Below are positions 52,392 to 61,881 of a stretch of DNA of 64,000 bases, piece by piece. The translations under genes and the position numbers were made by a program. Position 1 is the first letter of the stretch. Each line of letters begins with the position of its first letter. Source of the stretch: Candidatus Eiseniibacteriota bacterium (GTDB taxonomy: Bacteria > Eisenbacteria > RBG-16-71-46). Where the stretch lies: assembly GCA_963717935.1 (NCBI GenBank), contig CAVQXP010000003.1:32001-96000 (forward strand). The letters are read 5' to 3'. The notes under the pieces were generated by a model. That model made no database searches, was not told the DNA's origin, and saw nothing but the letters and a program-made list of their open reading frames with translations.

Positions 52392-53669
52392 CTACCCGTC
52401 CGTCTCCGCCGCCAGTGGCACCGCCGTCTCGCCGCGCGACACGACCACCGCCGCGGCCAGGTCGCCCGTGACGTTGAGCGTGGTGCGGCACATGTCGAGG
52501 AAGCGGTCCACGCCGATGATCATGCCGATGCCCTCGGCGGGCACGTGCACCAGCCCGAGGATCATCACCACGACCGGGATCGAGCCGGCCGGCACGCCGG
52601 CGGTGCCGATGCCGCCCAGGATGCAGATCAGCACCACCATGATCTGCTGGGCGAAGCCGAGGTGGATCCCGTAGAACTGGGCGAGGAACAGCACCGTCAC
52701 GCCCTCGAAGAGCGCGGTGCCGTTCTGGTTCGCGGTGGAGCCGATGGTGAGCACGAAGCGACTCACGTGCGGCGGCAGGTGCAGTTCCTCCTCGGCCGCC
52801 AGCAGTGCGGTCGGGAGCGTGGCGTTGCTCGAGGCGGTCGAGAACGCGGTCAGCATGGGCGCGCGCACGCCGCGGAAGAAGCGCCACGGACTCATGCGGC
52901 CGAGCCAGGCGACCGAGAGCGAGTAGACGCCGAACTGGTGGATGACGAGCCCCAGCAGCACGACCAGCACGTAGGCGCCAAGTTGGTACAGCACGTCGAT
53001 CCCGAGCCGGGCCGTCAGCGTGAAGAGCAGGCAGGCGACGCCGATCGGGGCGGCCTGGATGACGAGGCCGAGCAGCTTCATCGTGACTTCGTAGAGCCCC
53101 TGGAGTGCGCGCTCGAACGCGCGCGCCGCCTCCGTCTTCGTGAGCGTGAGCCCCACGCCCAGGAAGAGCGCGAAGACCATCACGGCGAGCATGTCGCCCT
53201 CGCCCATGGCCTTCACGATGTTCGCGGGCACGAGGCCGACGAAGAAGTCCATGCCGCCGCCGCCGGCGAGCGAGGTCGCGGGCGCCGGCACGGAGGTGGC
53301 CTGCGCGGCGAGCCGCGCCTTGAGCGCGGGGGAGAGGCCCTCGCCGGGGCGCAGCGCGTTCACGAGCCCGATGCCGATGAGCACCGCGATCGCCGAGACC
53401 GACACGGTGTAGACCAGGGTCTTGAGCCCGATGCGCCCGAGGCTCTTCATATCGCCCAGGCCCGCCACGCCCAGCGCCAGCGCCGAGAGGATGAGCGGGA
53501 TGACCAGCATGAAGAGCAGGCGCAGGAAGATGCGGCCGGCGGGCTCGGTGACGTACTGGACGAAGCCGGCGAGCCGCGGCGAGTCGCCGGCGAGCAGGTT
53601 GGCGGCGACGCCGAGCACGATGCCGAAGAGAAGGCCCGCAAGCATGCGGACCGGAAGGCCGCGGCGCAT
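52392..53669 (-). CDS. Dicarboxylate/amino acid:cation symporter (GltP-like)
   Basis: AFSTASSNATLP, ANQNGT, GTAGVP, DRFLDMCRT. Confidence 0.93.
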   Translation of the reverse strand: MRRGLPVRMLAGLLFGIVLGVAANLLAGDSPRLAGFVQYVTEPAGRIFLRLLFMLVIPLILSALALGVAGLGDMKSLGRIGLKTLVYTVSVSAIAVLIGIGLVNALRPGEGLSPALKARLAAQATSVPAPATSLAGGGGMDFFVGLVPANIVKAMGEGDMLAVMVFALFLGVGLTLTKTEAARAFERALQGLYEVTMKLLGLVIQAAPIGVACLLFTLTARLGIDVLYQLGAYVLVVLLGLVIHQFGVYSLSVAWLGRMSPWRFFRGVRAPMLTAFSTASSNATLPTALLAAEEELHLPPHVSRFVLTIGSTANQNGTALFEGVTVLFLAQFYGIHLGFAQQIMVVLICILGGIGTAGVPAGSIPVVVMILGLVHVPAEGIGMIIGVDRFLDMCRTTLNVTGDLAAAVVVSRGETAVPLAAETDG

Positions 53670-53772
53670 GGGGCGGCAGTATGGGAGAGGGGGTGGGGCG
53701 GCGCAAACGGCGAGGCGGCGCGTGTGGGCCGCGGCAAAGCGGGGATCGAGACGCCCGCTCGGGGCGCGCGAC

Positions 53773-53810
53773 GGCCCGTCAGTTCAATCGGTAGAGCACC
53801 TGCCTTTTAA
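53773..53810 (+). pseudogene. 5' half of a tRNA-Lys(TTT), truncated after the anticodon loop
   Basis: GGCCCGTCAGTTCAATCGGTAGAGCACCTGCCTTTTAA gives the D-arm and anticodon loop. No 3' stem, T-arm or CCA follows. Confidence 0.75.
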
Positions 53811-54101
53811 CTCGACCACGCTAACCGCCGCCCGAGCCGAGAATTCGTTGGAACGCAAGCGCCCCCGTGGGTTACCCGCGCGGGGGCGTTCCCGCTCTGA
53901 GGCCCCGAGAGGCCCGGAATTGACCCCAGAGGACATCGAGAGTCACCCGAATCGTCACCCGCGAAGGCTCCCTGCCTGCAGGCCAGGTTGCCCGAGAGGC
54001 ATCGCGTGCCCGCATGGGACAGAGAAGTACCTCACTTGCCGGGTTTCGGTTGGTGCTAGATTCGGATTCGCTCTGACCAGAAGCCCACCCGGAGGCCGCC
54101 C

Positions 54102-54545
54102 ATGAAGCGCTACCTTCCCGCCGCCCTACTGCTGCTCCTGGTTCCATGTTGTTCCCCGTCCGACGACCGCGCAGTCCTCAAGGAGACGTACTACTTCGCA
54201 AGGACCCTTGGATCGGACACGACCTCCTTCGCTGATTTCGAGAAGGAGATGAAGAGTGACACGGCGGCTTGGGCGGGGGCCCGCAGAACCTGGAAGGGCA
54301 CAAGGGTTGCCCTTAGTGCCACTCTCGGTGAACTGGGCTACGGCACCGGCCCATTCCGGTGGCAATACGGCACCAGGGAGAAGGCCGCCCTCTCACAGTT
54401 CCAGCGAGACCTGGGCATTCAAGCAACCGGCCAACTGGACAGCCTCACGGTGGCGAATCTCGCCAGGGCCGGGAACGCCTTGAGAATCAATGACGTCGTA
54501 CTGCCCGACCTACTGGTGAATCAAATCGACTACATGATCTTCGCC
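54102..54545 (+). pseudogene. Exported peptidoglycan-binding-domain protein truncated by IS3
   Basis: Signal/lipoprotein N-terminus, LGELGY...ALSQFQRDLGIQATGQLD (PG_binding_1). The ORF runs into the IS left end. Confidence 0.7.
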
Positions 54546-54607
54546 CGTAAGCTTCCCCTCCAGGTAGACAGCCGCTGCTAGACTCTCCCGGGTCACGGGG
54601 AGGGCGC

Positions 54608-54874
54608 ATGAAGAAGGCGCGGTTCACGGAGTCGCAGATCGTGGCAATTCTGAAGGAGGGCGAGGCCGGCCTGACGGTGGCCGAGATCGCCCGCAAGCAC
54701 GGGATCAGCAAGAACACGTACTTCAACTGGAAGTCACGCTACGGCGGAGCGACGGTGTCGGATCTGAGGCGGCTGAAAGAGCTCGAGGCCGAGAACGCCA
54801 AGCTGAAGCGGATGTACAGCGAGCTGGCGCTCGAGAACGCGGCGATCAAGGACCTGCTTCACCGAAAACCGTAA
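54608..54874 (+). CDS. IS3 transposase OrfA
   Basis: MKKARFTESQI..HGIS..TYFNWKSRYGG..LEAENAKLK. Confidence 0.93.
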   Translation: MKKARFTESQIVAILKEGEAGLTVAEIARKHGISKNTYFNWKSRYGGATVSDLRRLKELEAENAKLKRMYSELALENAAIKDLLHRKP

Positions 54875-55728
54875 CGCCGTCCGCGAAGCGAGAGGCCGCG
54901 ATGTTCCTGGTGGCAGAGCACAAGCTCTCGGTGCTGCGAGCTTGCGCCATCGTGCGGTTCTCGAGGGCGGCGTACTACCGGACGCCACGCGCTCCGCTCG
55001 AAGCCGATGCCGAGGTGATCACGGCACTCCAAGCCATGGTCGAGAAGCATCCGCGTCACGGCTTCTGGAAGTGCTACCGGCGCATGCGGCGTCAGGGGCA
55101 TGCATGGAACCACAAGCGTGTGCACCGCGTGTACTGCGCGCTCAAGCTGAACCTGCCACGCCGCACGAAACGGCGGCTGCCGACCCGGCTGCGCCAGCCG
55201 CTGGATGCGCCGGCGACGCTGAACACGGTGTGGGCGCTCGACTTCATGTCGGATGCGCTGTACGGCGGTCGGAAGTTCCGCACGCTGAACATCATCGACG
55301 AGGGCAACCGCGAGGGGTTGGTGATCGACGTCGCGTTCTCGATCCCGAGCATGCGAGTCATCCGTGTGCTCGACCAACTGGTCGCGACCTACGGCCGGCC
55401 GGGAGCACTTCGAATGGATAACGGCCCGGAACTGATCTCGGAGGCGCTGGCCGAATGGTGCGGGCAGCGCGGCATCACGATGCACCACATCCAGCCGGGC
55501 AAGCCGGACCAGAACGCCTACATCGAGCGGTTCAACCGCAGCTACCGCGAAGACGTGCTCGATGCCTACCTGTTCGGATCGATCGAAGAGGTCCAGTCGA
55601 TCAGCGATGACTGGCTGGAGGACTACAACACCGAGCGGCCCCACGACAGCCTCGGCCAGGTGCCGCCACGGACGTTCTTGCCGAGGCGAAATCCACCCCG
55701 GGAGTCCAGCTTCGAACTGTCTACTTGA
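54865..55728 (+). CDS. IS3 transposase OrfB (DDE), in the -1 frame relative to OrfA
   Basis: WALDF, DNGPE, GKPDQNAYIERFN, YNTERPHDSL. A-AAA-C at the overlap is a possible slip site. Confidence 0.92.
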   Translation, partial: KTVTPSAKREAAMFLVAEHKLSVLRACAIVRFSRAAYYRTPRAPLEADAEVITALQAMVEKHPRHGFWKCYRRMRRQGHAWNHKRVHRVYCALKLNLPRRTKRRLPTRLRQPLDAPATLNTVWALDFMSDALYGGRKFRTLNIIDEGNREGLVIDVAFSIPSMRVIRVLDQLVATYGRPGALRMDNGPELISEALAEWCGQRGITMHHIQPGKPDQNAYIERFNRSYREDVLDAYLFGSIEEVQSISDDWLEDYNTERPHDSLGQVPPRTFLPRRNPPRESSFELST

Positions 55729-55779
55729 CGGGGAAGCTTACGGCTCCACGTAGTCAGGCGGATTCCTAGCCCACACGTG

Positions 55780-55905
55780 ACTCAGGGGCAGCGTGGCTGC
55801 GAGGTGAACCCCGGAGACCTCTCGCCTGGCGCGAACGAGCTCAAGGCAGCAGTGCTTAAGCTTTGCATCGTAGCCGCACCTGCAGGGGTCGTTTCGCCCG
55901 ATTGG
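55780..55905 (-). pseudogene. SEC-C motif remnant
   Basis: IGRNDPCRCGYDAKLKHCC. Confidence 0.6.
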
Positions 55906-56089
55906 TCTTCCGTCTGTGGGCCAGCGCATGGGACGGAGGATGTCATATCGCGCTAGGCTGGTTCAAAATGGGGCCCTTTCCGTACGCCAATGGCCGTGCA
56001 GTGCGACTGCCGCGCCAGAAGGAGTTGCAGAGGCGTCGACGGCCACCCTTTTGGGACGGATGACGGTCCCGGTCTTGTGGCCCGTCGCC

Positions 56090-56345
56090 CCCCGCACCCA
56101 ACCCCGGATCGCTGTCTGGTCGCGTTCGCGTGCCTGGCGCTCAGGTTTCTGGGGCGTGGACCCAAGACCTCGCAGGAGTCGGCCGACATGCGCGGGGTGA
56201 TGGCGCACCTTGAACCGGCGGCGGGCGACCTCCGCGACCCGTGGGCAGGTCCACAGTTCGGTGGACCGAGCGGCGATTGATCCCGAGTTTGCGCGCCACT
56301 TCGACCGGCGCGAATCCCTCACGCAGCAACTTCCACGCTCGCAGC
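56090..56345 (-). pseudogene. IS630-family transposase remnant (HTH region, frameshifted)
   Basis: LREGFAPVEVARKLGINRRSV, and in another frame WTCPRVAEV..HPAHVGRLL..TPQKPERQARERD. Confidence 0.75.
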
Positions 56346-56473
56346 CGAAGCTGTTCCAGAGGCTCCGGGCTTTCGTGCGGACCAGGCGGTCGCTCGGCGC
56401 ATTCGAGGCCTCCGCTACCTCGCGGACTTCGCCTTGAGTTGGCCGATGGAGATGGACTGCGCAGGATCCCGGT

Positions 56474-58210
56474 CTAGTCGAGCCTGCCGGACTTCTGCAG
56501 CGCCAGGTTCAGGTTGCGCTCGGCGGCGGCGTAGTGCGGATCGATCTCGAGAGCGCGGCGCAGTTGTTGGATTGCCTCCTCGAAGCGACCCGTCTGGGCA
56601 AGGACAATGCCGAGATTGTTGTGGGCCTCGACGTAGTCGTGCTTCAGCCGGATCGCCTCGCGATAGTGCGAAATGGCCTCCTCGAGCCCGCCGTGGGCCG
56701 CCAGGGCAACGCCGAGATTGTTGTGGGCCTCGGCGTAGTCGTGCTTGAGCCGGATTGCCTCGCGATAGTGGGAAGTGGCCTCATCGAACTGGCCCTGGGC
56801 CGTCAGGGCAGTGCCGAGATTGTTGTGGGCCTCGGCGTAGTCGTGCTTCAGCCGGATTGCCTCGCGATAGTGAGAAACGGCCTCATCGAGCTTGCCCCGG
56901 GCGGCAAGGACGATGCCGAGATTGTTGTAGGCGACCTCGATCCGGTGCGGGAACTTCTGGATGGTGTCCGTCCACAGCGTCTCGGAGTTCTTCCACACGC
57001 CGCAGCGCGTCCAAGTCTGGTAGAGCGACAAGGGGAGCATCGCGATCAACACCGCGCCGATCACCAGGCGCGCGGGCCTCCCGGCCTGCCCGGGCCGAGG
57101 GCGCTCGTCGAGCCACCAGGTCAGGCCCAGCAGCAGCCCGATGTAGGGCACGTAGGTGTAGCGATCCGCCATCACCGCCTTGCCGACCGTGAAGAACTGG
57201 AGCACCAGCAGGATATTGATGAAGAAGAACGCCCAGCCGAACAGCACCGGGCGCAGGCGCCGGTAGACGAACAGCAGCGCCGGGAGGGCGACCAGCATGA
57301 CCACCAGCGCCCCGTAGAATTCCGGGCCGATGCCGCTGCCCTTGTCGGGGTAGGGATAGACGGCGGACAGGCCGACGGGAACGAACAGCTTGAGCACGTA
57401 CATGAGACTGCCGTACGAGGCGAACAGCAGCTTCTCGAAAAAACTCCAGGTGCCGACCGGGGCGACGGCCCCAACCGCCTGCTGGGCCTTGAGGGTGAGC
57501 CATCCGGCGCCGATGGACAGCGCCAGAAGAGGCAACTTCTCCAGGACCAGCCGGATGCGGTCGGTGCGCCGGAAGAAGTAGTCGAGCGCGAGCAGCGTGA
57601 GCGGGAACACCACCGCGGCCGGCTTGGACGCCAGGGACAAGACGAAGGCCGCGAGGCAGACCGCGAACCAGGCCCAGCGCCGGCGTTCCAGGTAGCGCAG
57701 GTAGGCGATCAGGCCGAGGAGATAGAAGAGCGTGTAGAGCACGTCCTTGCGCTCGGCGATCCAGGCGACAGATTCGACGTGCATCGGGTGGATGCCGAAG
57801 AACAGGCTGGTGGCGGTCGCGGTCCAGAACCGCCGCCGGGAGAGCATCCAGACGAACGCGAAGACGAGCCCGGTGTTCGCGAGGTGGAGCAGCAGGTTGA
57901 GCCAGTGATAGGAGGCTGGCTGGTAGCCCGAGATCCGGTAGTTGAGCGCCAGGGACAGCACGGTGAGCGGATGGTAGTTGCCGCCGAGGGGCGTCATCAG
58001 CACGTCGACAGCGTGGGGACGAGCGACGAGTGGGTTCTCGGTTACGTAGACATCATCGTCCCAGTTGGTGAAACCGTTGCCGAGGCTCGGGAGGTAGACG
58101 ATGAACGTGAGCACCAGGATGCCGATCACCGCGAGACTCGGGATGTGGCGGTTCGCGGGGGGGGCGCCCCGCGGCTTGGCGCGGGCGGGCTCGACTCGCT
58201 TCTTGGTCAT
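56474..58210 (-). CDS. TMTC-like GT-C glycosyltransferase with C-terminal TPRs
   Basis: FTNWDD, YHPL, HPMHVESVAWIAERKD, ADRYTY, W.NSETLW, and TPR repeats. Confidence 0.85.
   Translation of the reverse strand: MTKKRVEPARAKPRGAPPANRHIPSLAVIGILVLTFIVYLPSLGNGFTNWDDDVYVTENPLVARPHAVDVLMTPLGGNYHPLTVLSLALNYRISGYQPASYHWLNLLLHLANTGLVFAFVWMLSRRRFWTATATSLFFGIHPMHVESVAWIAERKDVLYTLFYLLGLIAYLRYLERRRWAWFAVCLAAFVLSLASKPAAVVFPLTLLALDYFFRRTDRIRLVLEKLPLLALSIGAGWLTLKAQQAVGAVAPVGTWSFFEKLLFASYGSLMYVLKLFVPVGLSAVYPYPDKGSGIGPEFYGALVVMLVALPALLFVYRRLRPVLFGWAFFFINILLVLQFFTVGKAVMADRYTYVPYIGLLLGLTWWLDERPRPGQAGRPARLVIGAVLIAMLPLSLYQTWTRCGVWKNSETLWTDTIQKFPHRIEVAYNNLGIVLAARGKLDEAVSHYREAIRLKHDYAEAHNNLGTALTAQGQFDEATSHYREAIRLKHDYAEAHNNLGVALAAHGGLEEAISHYREAIRLKHDYVEAHNNLGIVLAQTGRFEEAIQQLRRALEIDPHYAAAERNLNLALQKSGRLD
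56600..56930 (-). repeat. 102-bp near-identical tandem TPR-coding repeats
   Basis: CCGAGATTGTTGT recurs at 56610, 56712, 56814 and 56916. Confidence 0.88.
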
Positions 58211-58485
58211 CGTGAGGGTCTCGAGTGCGATGGTGCGGGCCGGGCTGGGGCTCGTGCGCGAGTGGAAGACCCGGCCTTGCTCATGTACGGCCTCCTGGCC
58301 CGAGCGGGCGGGCGCTCGGGGCTCCGAGGCGTGCGACTGCCCCCCGCGGGGGCGTGCGACATGACCGACGACATGATCGAATCAGCCCCGGCCGACCTGG
58401 CCGAGCCAGTTGCCAGAGTGTAGTCGCGGAACGTCCACCCACCTAGCGCGCGATGCGCTGTACCTGGTCTTCGGAGTCGGAGAGC

Positions 58486-59716
58486 TCAGTGATCCTCCGC
58501 CTCCTCGATCAGATGCAGCAGCACCTGCCCGCCCTCGGGGATGCTCGCGACGTCGCCGGGGATGAGCGCCAGCGCGTTGGCGCGGGCCATCGAGGAGAGC
58601 ACGCCCGAGCCCTGCGGGCCCGAGAGCCGCGCGTGCAACCCGCCGCCTTCCTCGCGCGCGAAGACCCGCAGGAAGTGCAGCCGGTCGTCCCCGGCCCGCC
58701 GCGTCCACGGCGTCTCGAGCGTGCCGCTGCCGCTCCGGGCGGAACAGGCGCGCGAAGCCCATCATGCGGCGCAGCAGCGGGCGGACGTACTCCTCCATCA
58801 CGAGCATCGCGGCGACGGGATTGCCGGGGACGCCGAACACGGGCTTGCCGCCGAGCCGCCAGAGCCCGAGCGGCCCGGCGGGCTTCTGGGCGACGCGCCA
58901 GAAGACGCGCTCCGCGCCCAGTTCGTCGAGCACGTCCTTCACGCAGTCGTACTCGCCCATCGAGACGCCGCCGGTGGTCACGATCGCGTCCGCGGCGGCG
59001 GTCGCCTCGCGGAGCGCGCGCGCGACCTCTTCGCGGCGGTCGGACACGCGCGGGAAGGTCACGGGCAGCGCGCCGAAGGCCACGGCCTGCGCGCGCACGG
59101 CGTGCAGGTTGGCGTCGCGGATGCGCCCCGGCCCGGGTGGCTCGGCCACGTCCACGAGTTCGTCCCCGGTGGTGATGATCGCGAGCCGCGGCCGCGGATG
59201 GACGGAGACCGTGGCGCAACCGGCCACGGCCAGCAGGCCGATGTCCGCGGGCCGCAGGACGTCGCCCCGCGCGATCACGCGGGCGCCGGTCGCCAGGTCC
59301 TCGCCCGCGAGGCGCACGTTCGCGCCTTCGCGCACGGGCCGGCGGACCTCGACGGCGTCGCCGGCCGACTCCGTGCTCTCGACCGGGACCACGGCGTCCG
59401 CGCCCGCGGGCAGCGGCGCGCCGGTCATGATCCGCAGCGCCGTGCCGGGCTCGACCGCGCGCGCCGCGACGTGGCCCGCGGGCACGTCTTCCAGCACGCG
59501 CAGGCGCGCGGGCGTCTGCGCGGTCGCACCCGCCACGTCCGCGGCGCGCACGGCGAAGCCGTCCATGCCGGAGTTGTCGAACGGTGGCGCGGGGTCGGCG
59601 GCGAGCACGTCCGCGGCCGCGACCAGTCCGAGCGCCTCGTCGAGCGGCACGCGCCGGGCGGGACTCGTCACGGCCGAGTCCAGCACGCGCTGCAGCGCCT
59701 CGCGGTGGGTGAGCAT
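58486..59716 (-). CDS. moeA: Molybdopterin molybdotransferase MoeA; one extra base near 58732
   Basis: PPFDNSGMDGFA, IMTGAP, TGDEL, TGGVSMG, PGNP. The C-terminal QGSGVLSSMARANAL lies in a shifted frame. Confidence 0.92.
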
Positions 59717-59721
59717 CGTGT

Positions 59722-60150
59722 CTACTCGATCACGCGGCGGTGGAGGAAGGACCAGTGCCGCCAGGACTTCGGCATGTGCGAGCCGATCGAGGCGACGGCG
59801 GTGGCGGCGAGGTAGAACTCGAGCCGCGCCGCGGGGAACAGCGCCCCCAGTCCGAGCAACGCCAGTTTCAGCAGGACCGCGACGCCGTTGCCCTGGTACA
59901 GGTACGCGCCGCTCTTCCAGAGGTCCACGCCCAGCAGCAGCAGCCCGCTGGCGATCGTGAGCGCGATGGCGGAGGTCAGCGCCGGCTCCGGGACCGAGTA
60001 GGCCACGCCGCCGAGCACGAGCCCCATCGCCACGACGTGCACCGTGCGCGCGGCCACCTGCACCGCGCGCAACCCGCGGAACGTGCGCGGGGGGCGGGGC
60101 GCGAGACGCTCGCGCAGGCTCCCGCGTTCGGCTGCGGCCCCGGCTGGCAT
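59722..60150 (-). CDS. Hypothetical membrane protein
   Basis: About four TM segments, RTVH and SHMPKSWRH motifs. Sits between pruA and moeA with short gaps. Confidence 0.72.
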   Translation of the reverse strand: MPAGAAAERGSLRERLAPRPPRTFRGLRAVQVAARTVHVVAMGLVLGGVAYSVPEPALTSAIALTIASGLLLLGVDLWKSGAYLYQGNGVAVLLKLALLGLGALFPAARLEFYLAATAVASIGSHMPKSWRHWSFLHRRVIE

Positions 60151-60152
60151 GG

Positions 60153-61736
60153 TCAGACGCCGATGCCCGGCATGCGCGGCATGGTGATGCGCTCGGACGT
60201 GGTCTTGCCCTGCGTGAAGTTCATGAGGTAGTCGGGGCCGCCGGCCTTCGAGTCGGTGCCCGAGAGGTTGAACCCGCCGAAGGGGTGCACGCCCACGAGC
60301 GCGCCGGTGCAGCCGCGGTTCAGATAGAGATTGCCGCAGTGGAACTCGTGCTTCGCGCGGTCGATCCGCTCGATGCTGGTCGAGTAGACCGCGCCGGTCA
60401 ACCCGTAGCGCGTGTCGTTGGCGATGTCCAGCGCCTGGTCGAAGCTCGTGGCCTCGATGACGGCCAGCACCGGCCCGAAGATCTCCTCCTGGCCGAGGAA
60501 CGAGCGCGACGTCACCTGGTCGAAGATCGTGGGCGCGAGGTAGTGGCCCGGGCGGTCGAGCGCGTGCCCGCCCAGCAGCAGCCGGGCCTCCGCCTTGCCC
60601 CGTTCGATGGCCTTGAGGATGCCGGCGTGCGCCCTGGCGTTCGCCACCGGCCCGGTGAAGACGCAGGGGCCGTCCCACGGGAGCCCGGCGGGCAGCGGCT
60701 TCGTCTTCTCGAGGATCGACGCGACCAGGCGGTCCTTCACGGCCGCGTGGACGATGAGGCGCGAGCAGGCCGAGCACTTCTGTCCCTGGAAGCCGAAGGC
60801 CGAGCGCACCACGTCGCTCGCCGCCGCGTCCAGGTCGGCGGTCTCGTCCACGACGATGGCGTCCTTGCCGCCCATCTCCAGGACGAAGCGGGTCATCCAC
60901 CGGCGCCCGGGCTCGGGCTTCGAGGCGATCTCGTTGATGCGCAGGCCCACGTCGGCCGAGCCGGTGAAGGAGACGAAGCGGACCTCGGGGTGCGTGACCA
61001 GGTAGTCGCCGACTTCGCCGCCGGGGCCGGGCAGCAGGTTGATGACGCCGTCGGGCACGCCGGCCTCGCGCGCCAGCGCGACGAAGCGCGCGGCGATCAC
61101 CGGCGTGTCGGAGGAGGGCTTCAGGAGCACGGCGTTGCCGCTCACCACGGCGGCCATGGTCATGCCGGCCAGGATCGCGAGCGGGAAGTTCCACGGCGCG
61201 ATCACCGCGCCGACGCCCAGCGGGATGTAGTAGAAGCAGTTGTCCTCGGTCGGGATCCGGGTGAGCGGCTGGTACTGGAAGTGCTTGAGCGCCAGCCGCG
61301 CGTAGTACTCGCAGAAGTCGATGGCCTCGGCGATCTCGGCGTCGGCCTCGTACCAGTCCTTGCCGATCTCGTACGAGAGCAGCGCCAGGAAGTCGAACCG
61401 GTCGCGGCGGATGAGCGCGGCCAGCTTCATCAGCGTCTCGGCGCGGATCTCCGGGTCGGTGCGCGCCCAGGACGCGAAGGCCTTCCGCGCCTCGGCGATG
61501 GCCTCGTCCACGTGGGCGCGCGTGCAGCTGGCGGCCCGGCCGACCACGCGGTCGGGCAGGGCGGGGCAGAGCGAGACGATGCTCTTCGCGGTCTCGACGC
61601 TGCGGCCGCCGATGAGGGCGGGGTGGTAGCCGTCGAGCCCGCCCTCGAGCGCGGCGATGGCCCGCTCGGCCGCCTTGACGTTCGCGTCCAGCGAGTAGTC
61701 GCAGATGGGCTCGTTCTTGAAGCGCGTGCAGATCAT
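60153..61736 (-). CDS. pruA: 1-pyrroline-5-carboxylate (glutamate-5-semialdehyde) dehydrogenase
   Basis: FKNEP, EAIDFCEYY, PWNFP, EMGGKD, FQGQKCSACSR, GTDSKAGGPDYL. Confidence 0.93.
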   Translation of the reverse strand: MICTRFKNEPICDYSLDANVKAAERAIAALEGGLDGYHPALIGGRSVETAKSIVSLCPALPDRVVGRAASCTRAHVDEAIAEARKAFASWARTDPEIRAETLMKLAALIRRDRFDFLALLSYEIGKDWYEADAEIAEAIDFCEYYARLALKHFQYQPLTRIPTEDNCFYYIPLGVGAVIAPWNFPLAILAGMTMAAVVSGNAVLLKPSSDTPVIAARFVALAREAGVPDGVINLLPGPGGEVGDYLVTHPEVRFVSFTGSADVGLRINEIASKPEPGRRWMTRFVLEMGGKDAIVVDETADLDAAASDVVRSAFGFQGQKCSACSRLIVHAAVKDRLVASILEKTKPLPAGLPWDGPCVFTGPVANARAHAGILKAIERGKAEARLLLGGHALDRPGHYLAPTIFDQVTSRSFLGQEEIFGPVLAVIEATSFDQALDIANDTRYGLTGAVYSTSIERIDRAKHEFHCGNLYLNRGCTGALVGVHPFGGFNLSGTDSKAGGPDYLMNFTQGKTTSERITMPRMPGIGV

Positions 61737-61881
61737 CCTGGGCCTCCCGTGGGAATGACGCGGCCATTCTATCCCACGCCGCATCCGTCTGGCACCCCGC
61801 CGCGCGCCCTGAAAACCCGCGTGGGTTGTGGCATACTCCCCGCCGCGAACATCGGCTCACCCTGGAGTGCGCGGAGACGAC

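Larger units (their letters stand above)
54546..55742 (+). mobile_element. IS3-family insertion sequence (1197 bp)
   Basis: IRL CGTAAGCTTCCCCTCCAGGTAGACAG and IRR (reverse complement) CGTAAGCTTCCCCGTCAAGTAGACAG, enclosing orfA and orfB. Confidence 0.95.

Noticed and set aside
53735..53772. Possible permuted tRNA, with a T-arm-like GCGGG-GATCGAGACG-CCCGC upstream of the tRNA half
   Set aside because: No TTCG loop, wrong loop size, and no matching acceptor or anticodon 3' strands.
52092..56930. Tandem repeats as possible CRISPR arrays
   Set aside because: The 33-bp and 102-bp units are in-frame coding repeats without unique spacers, and no cas genes are present.
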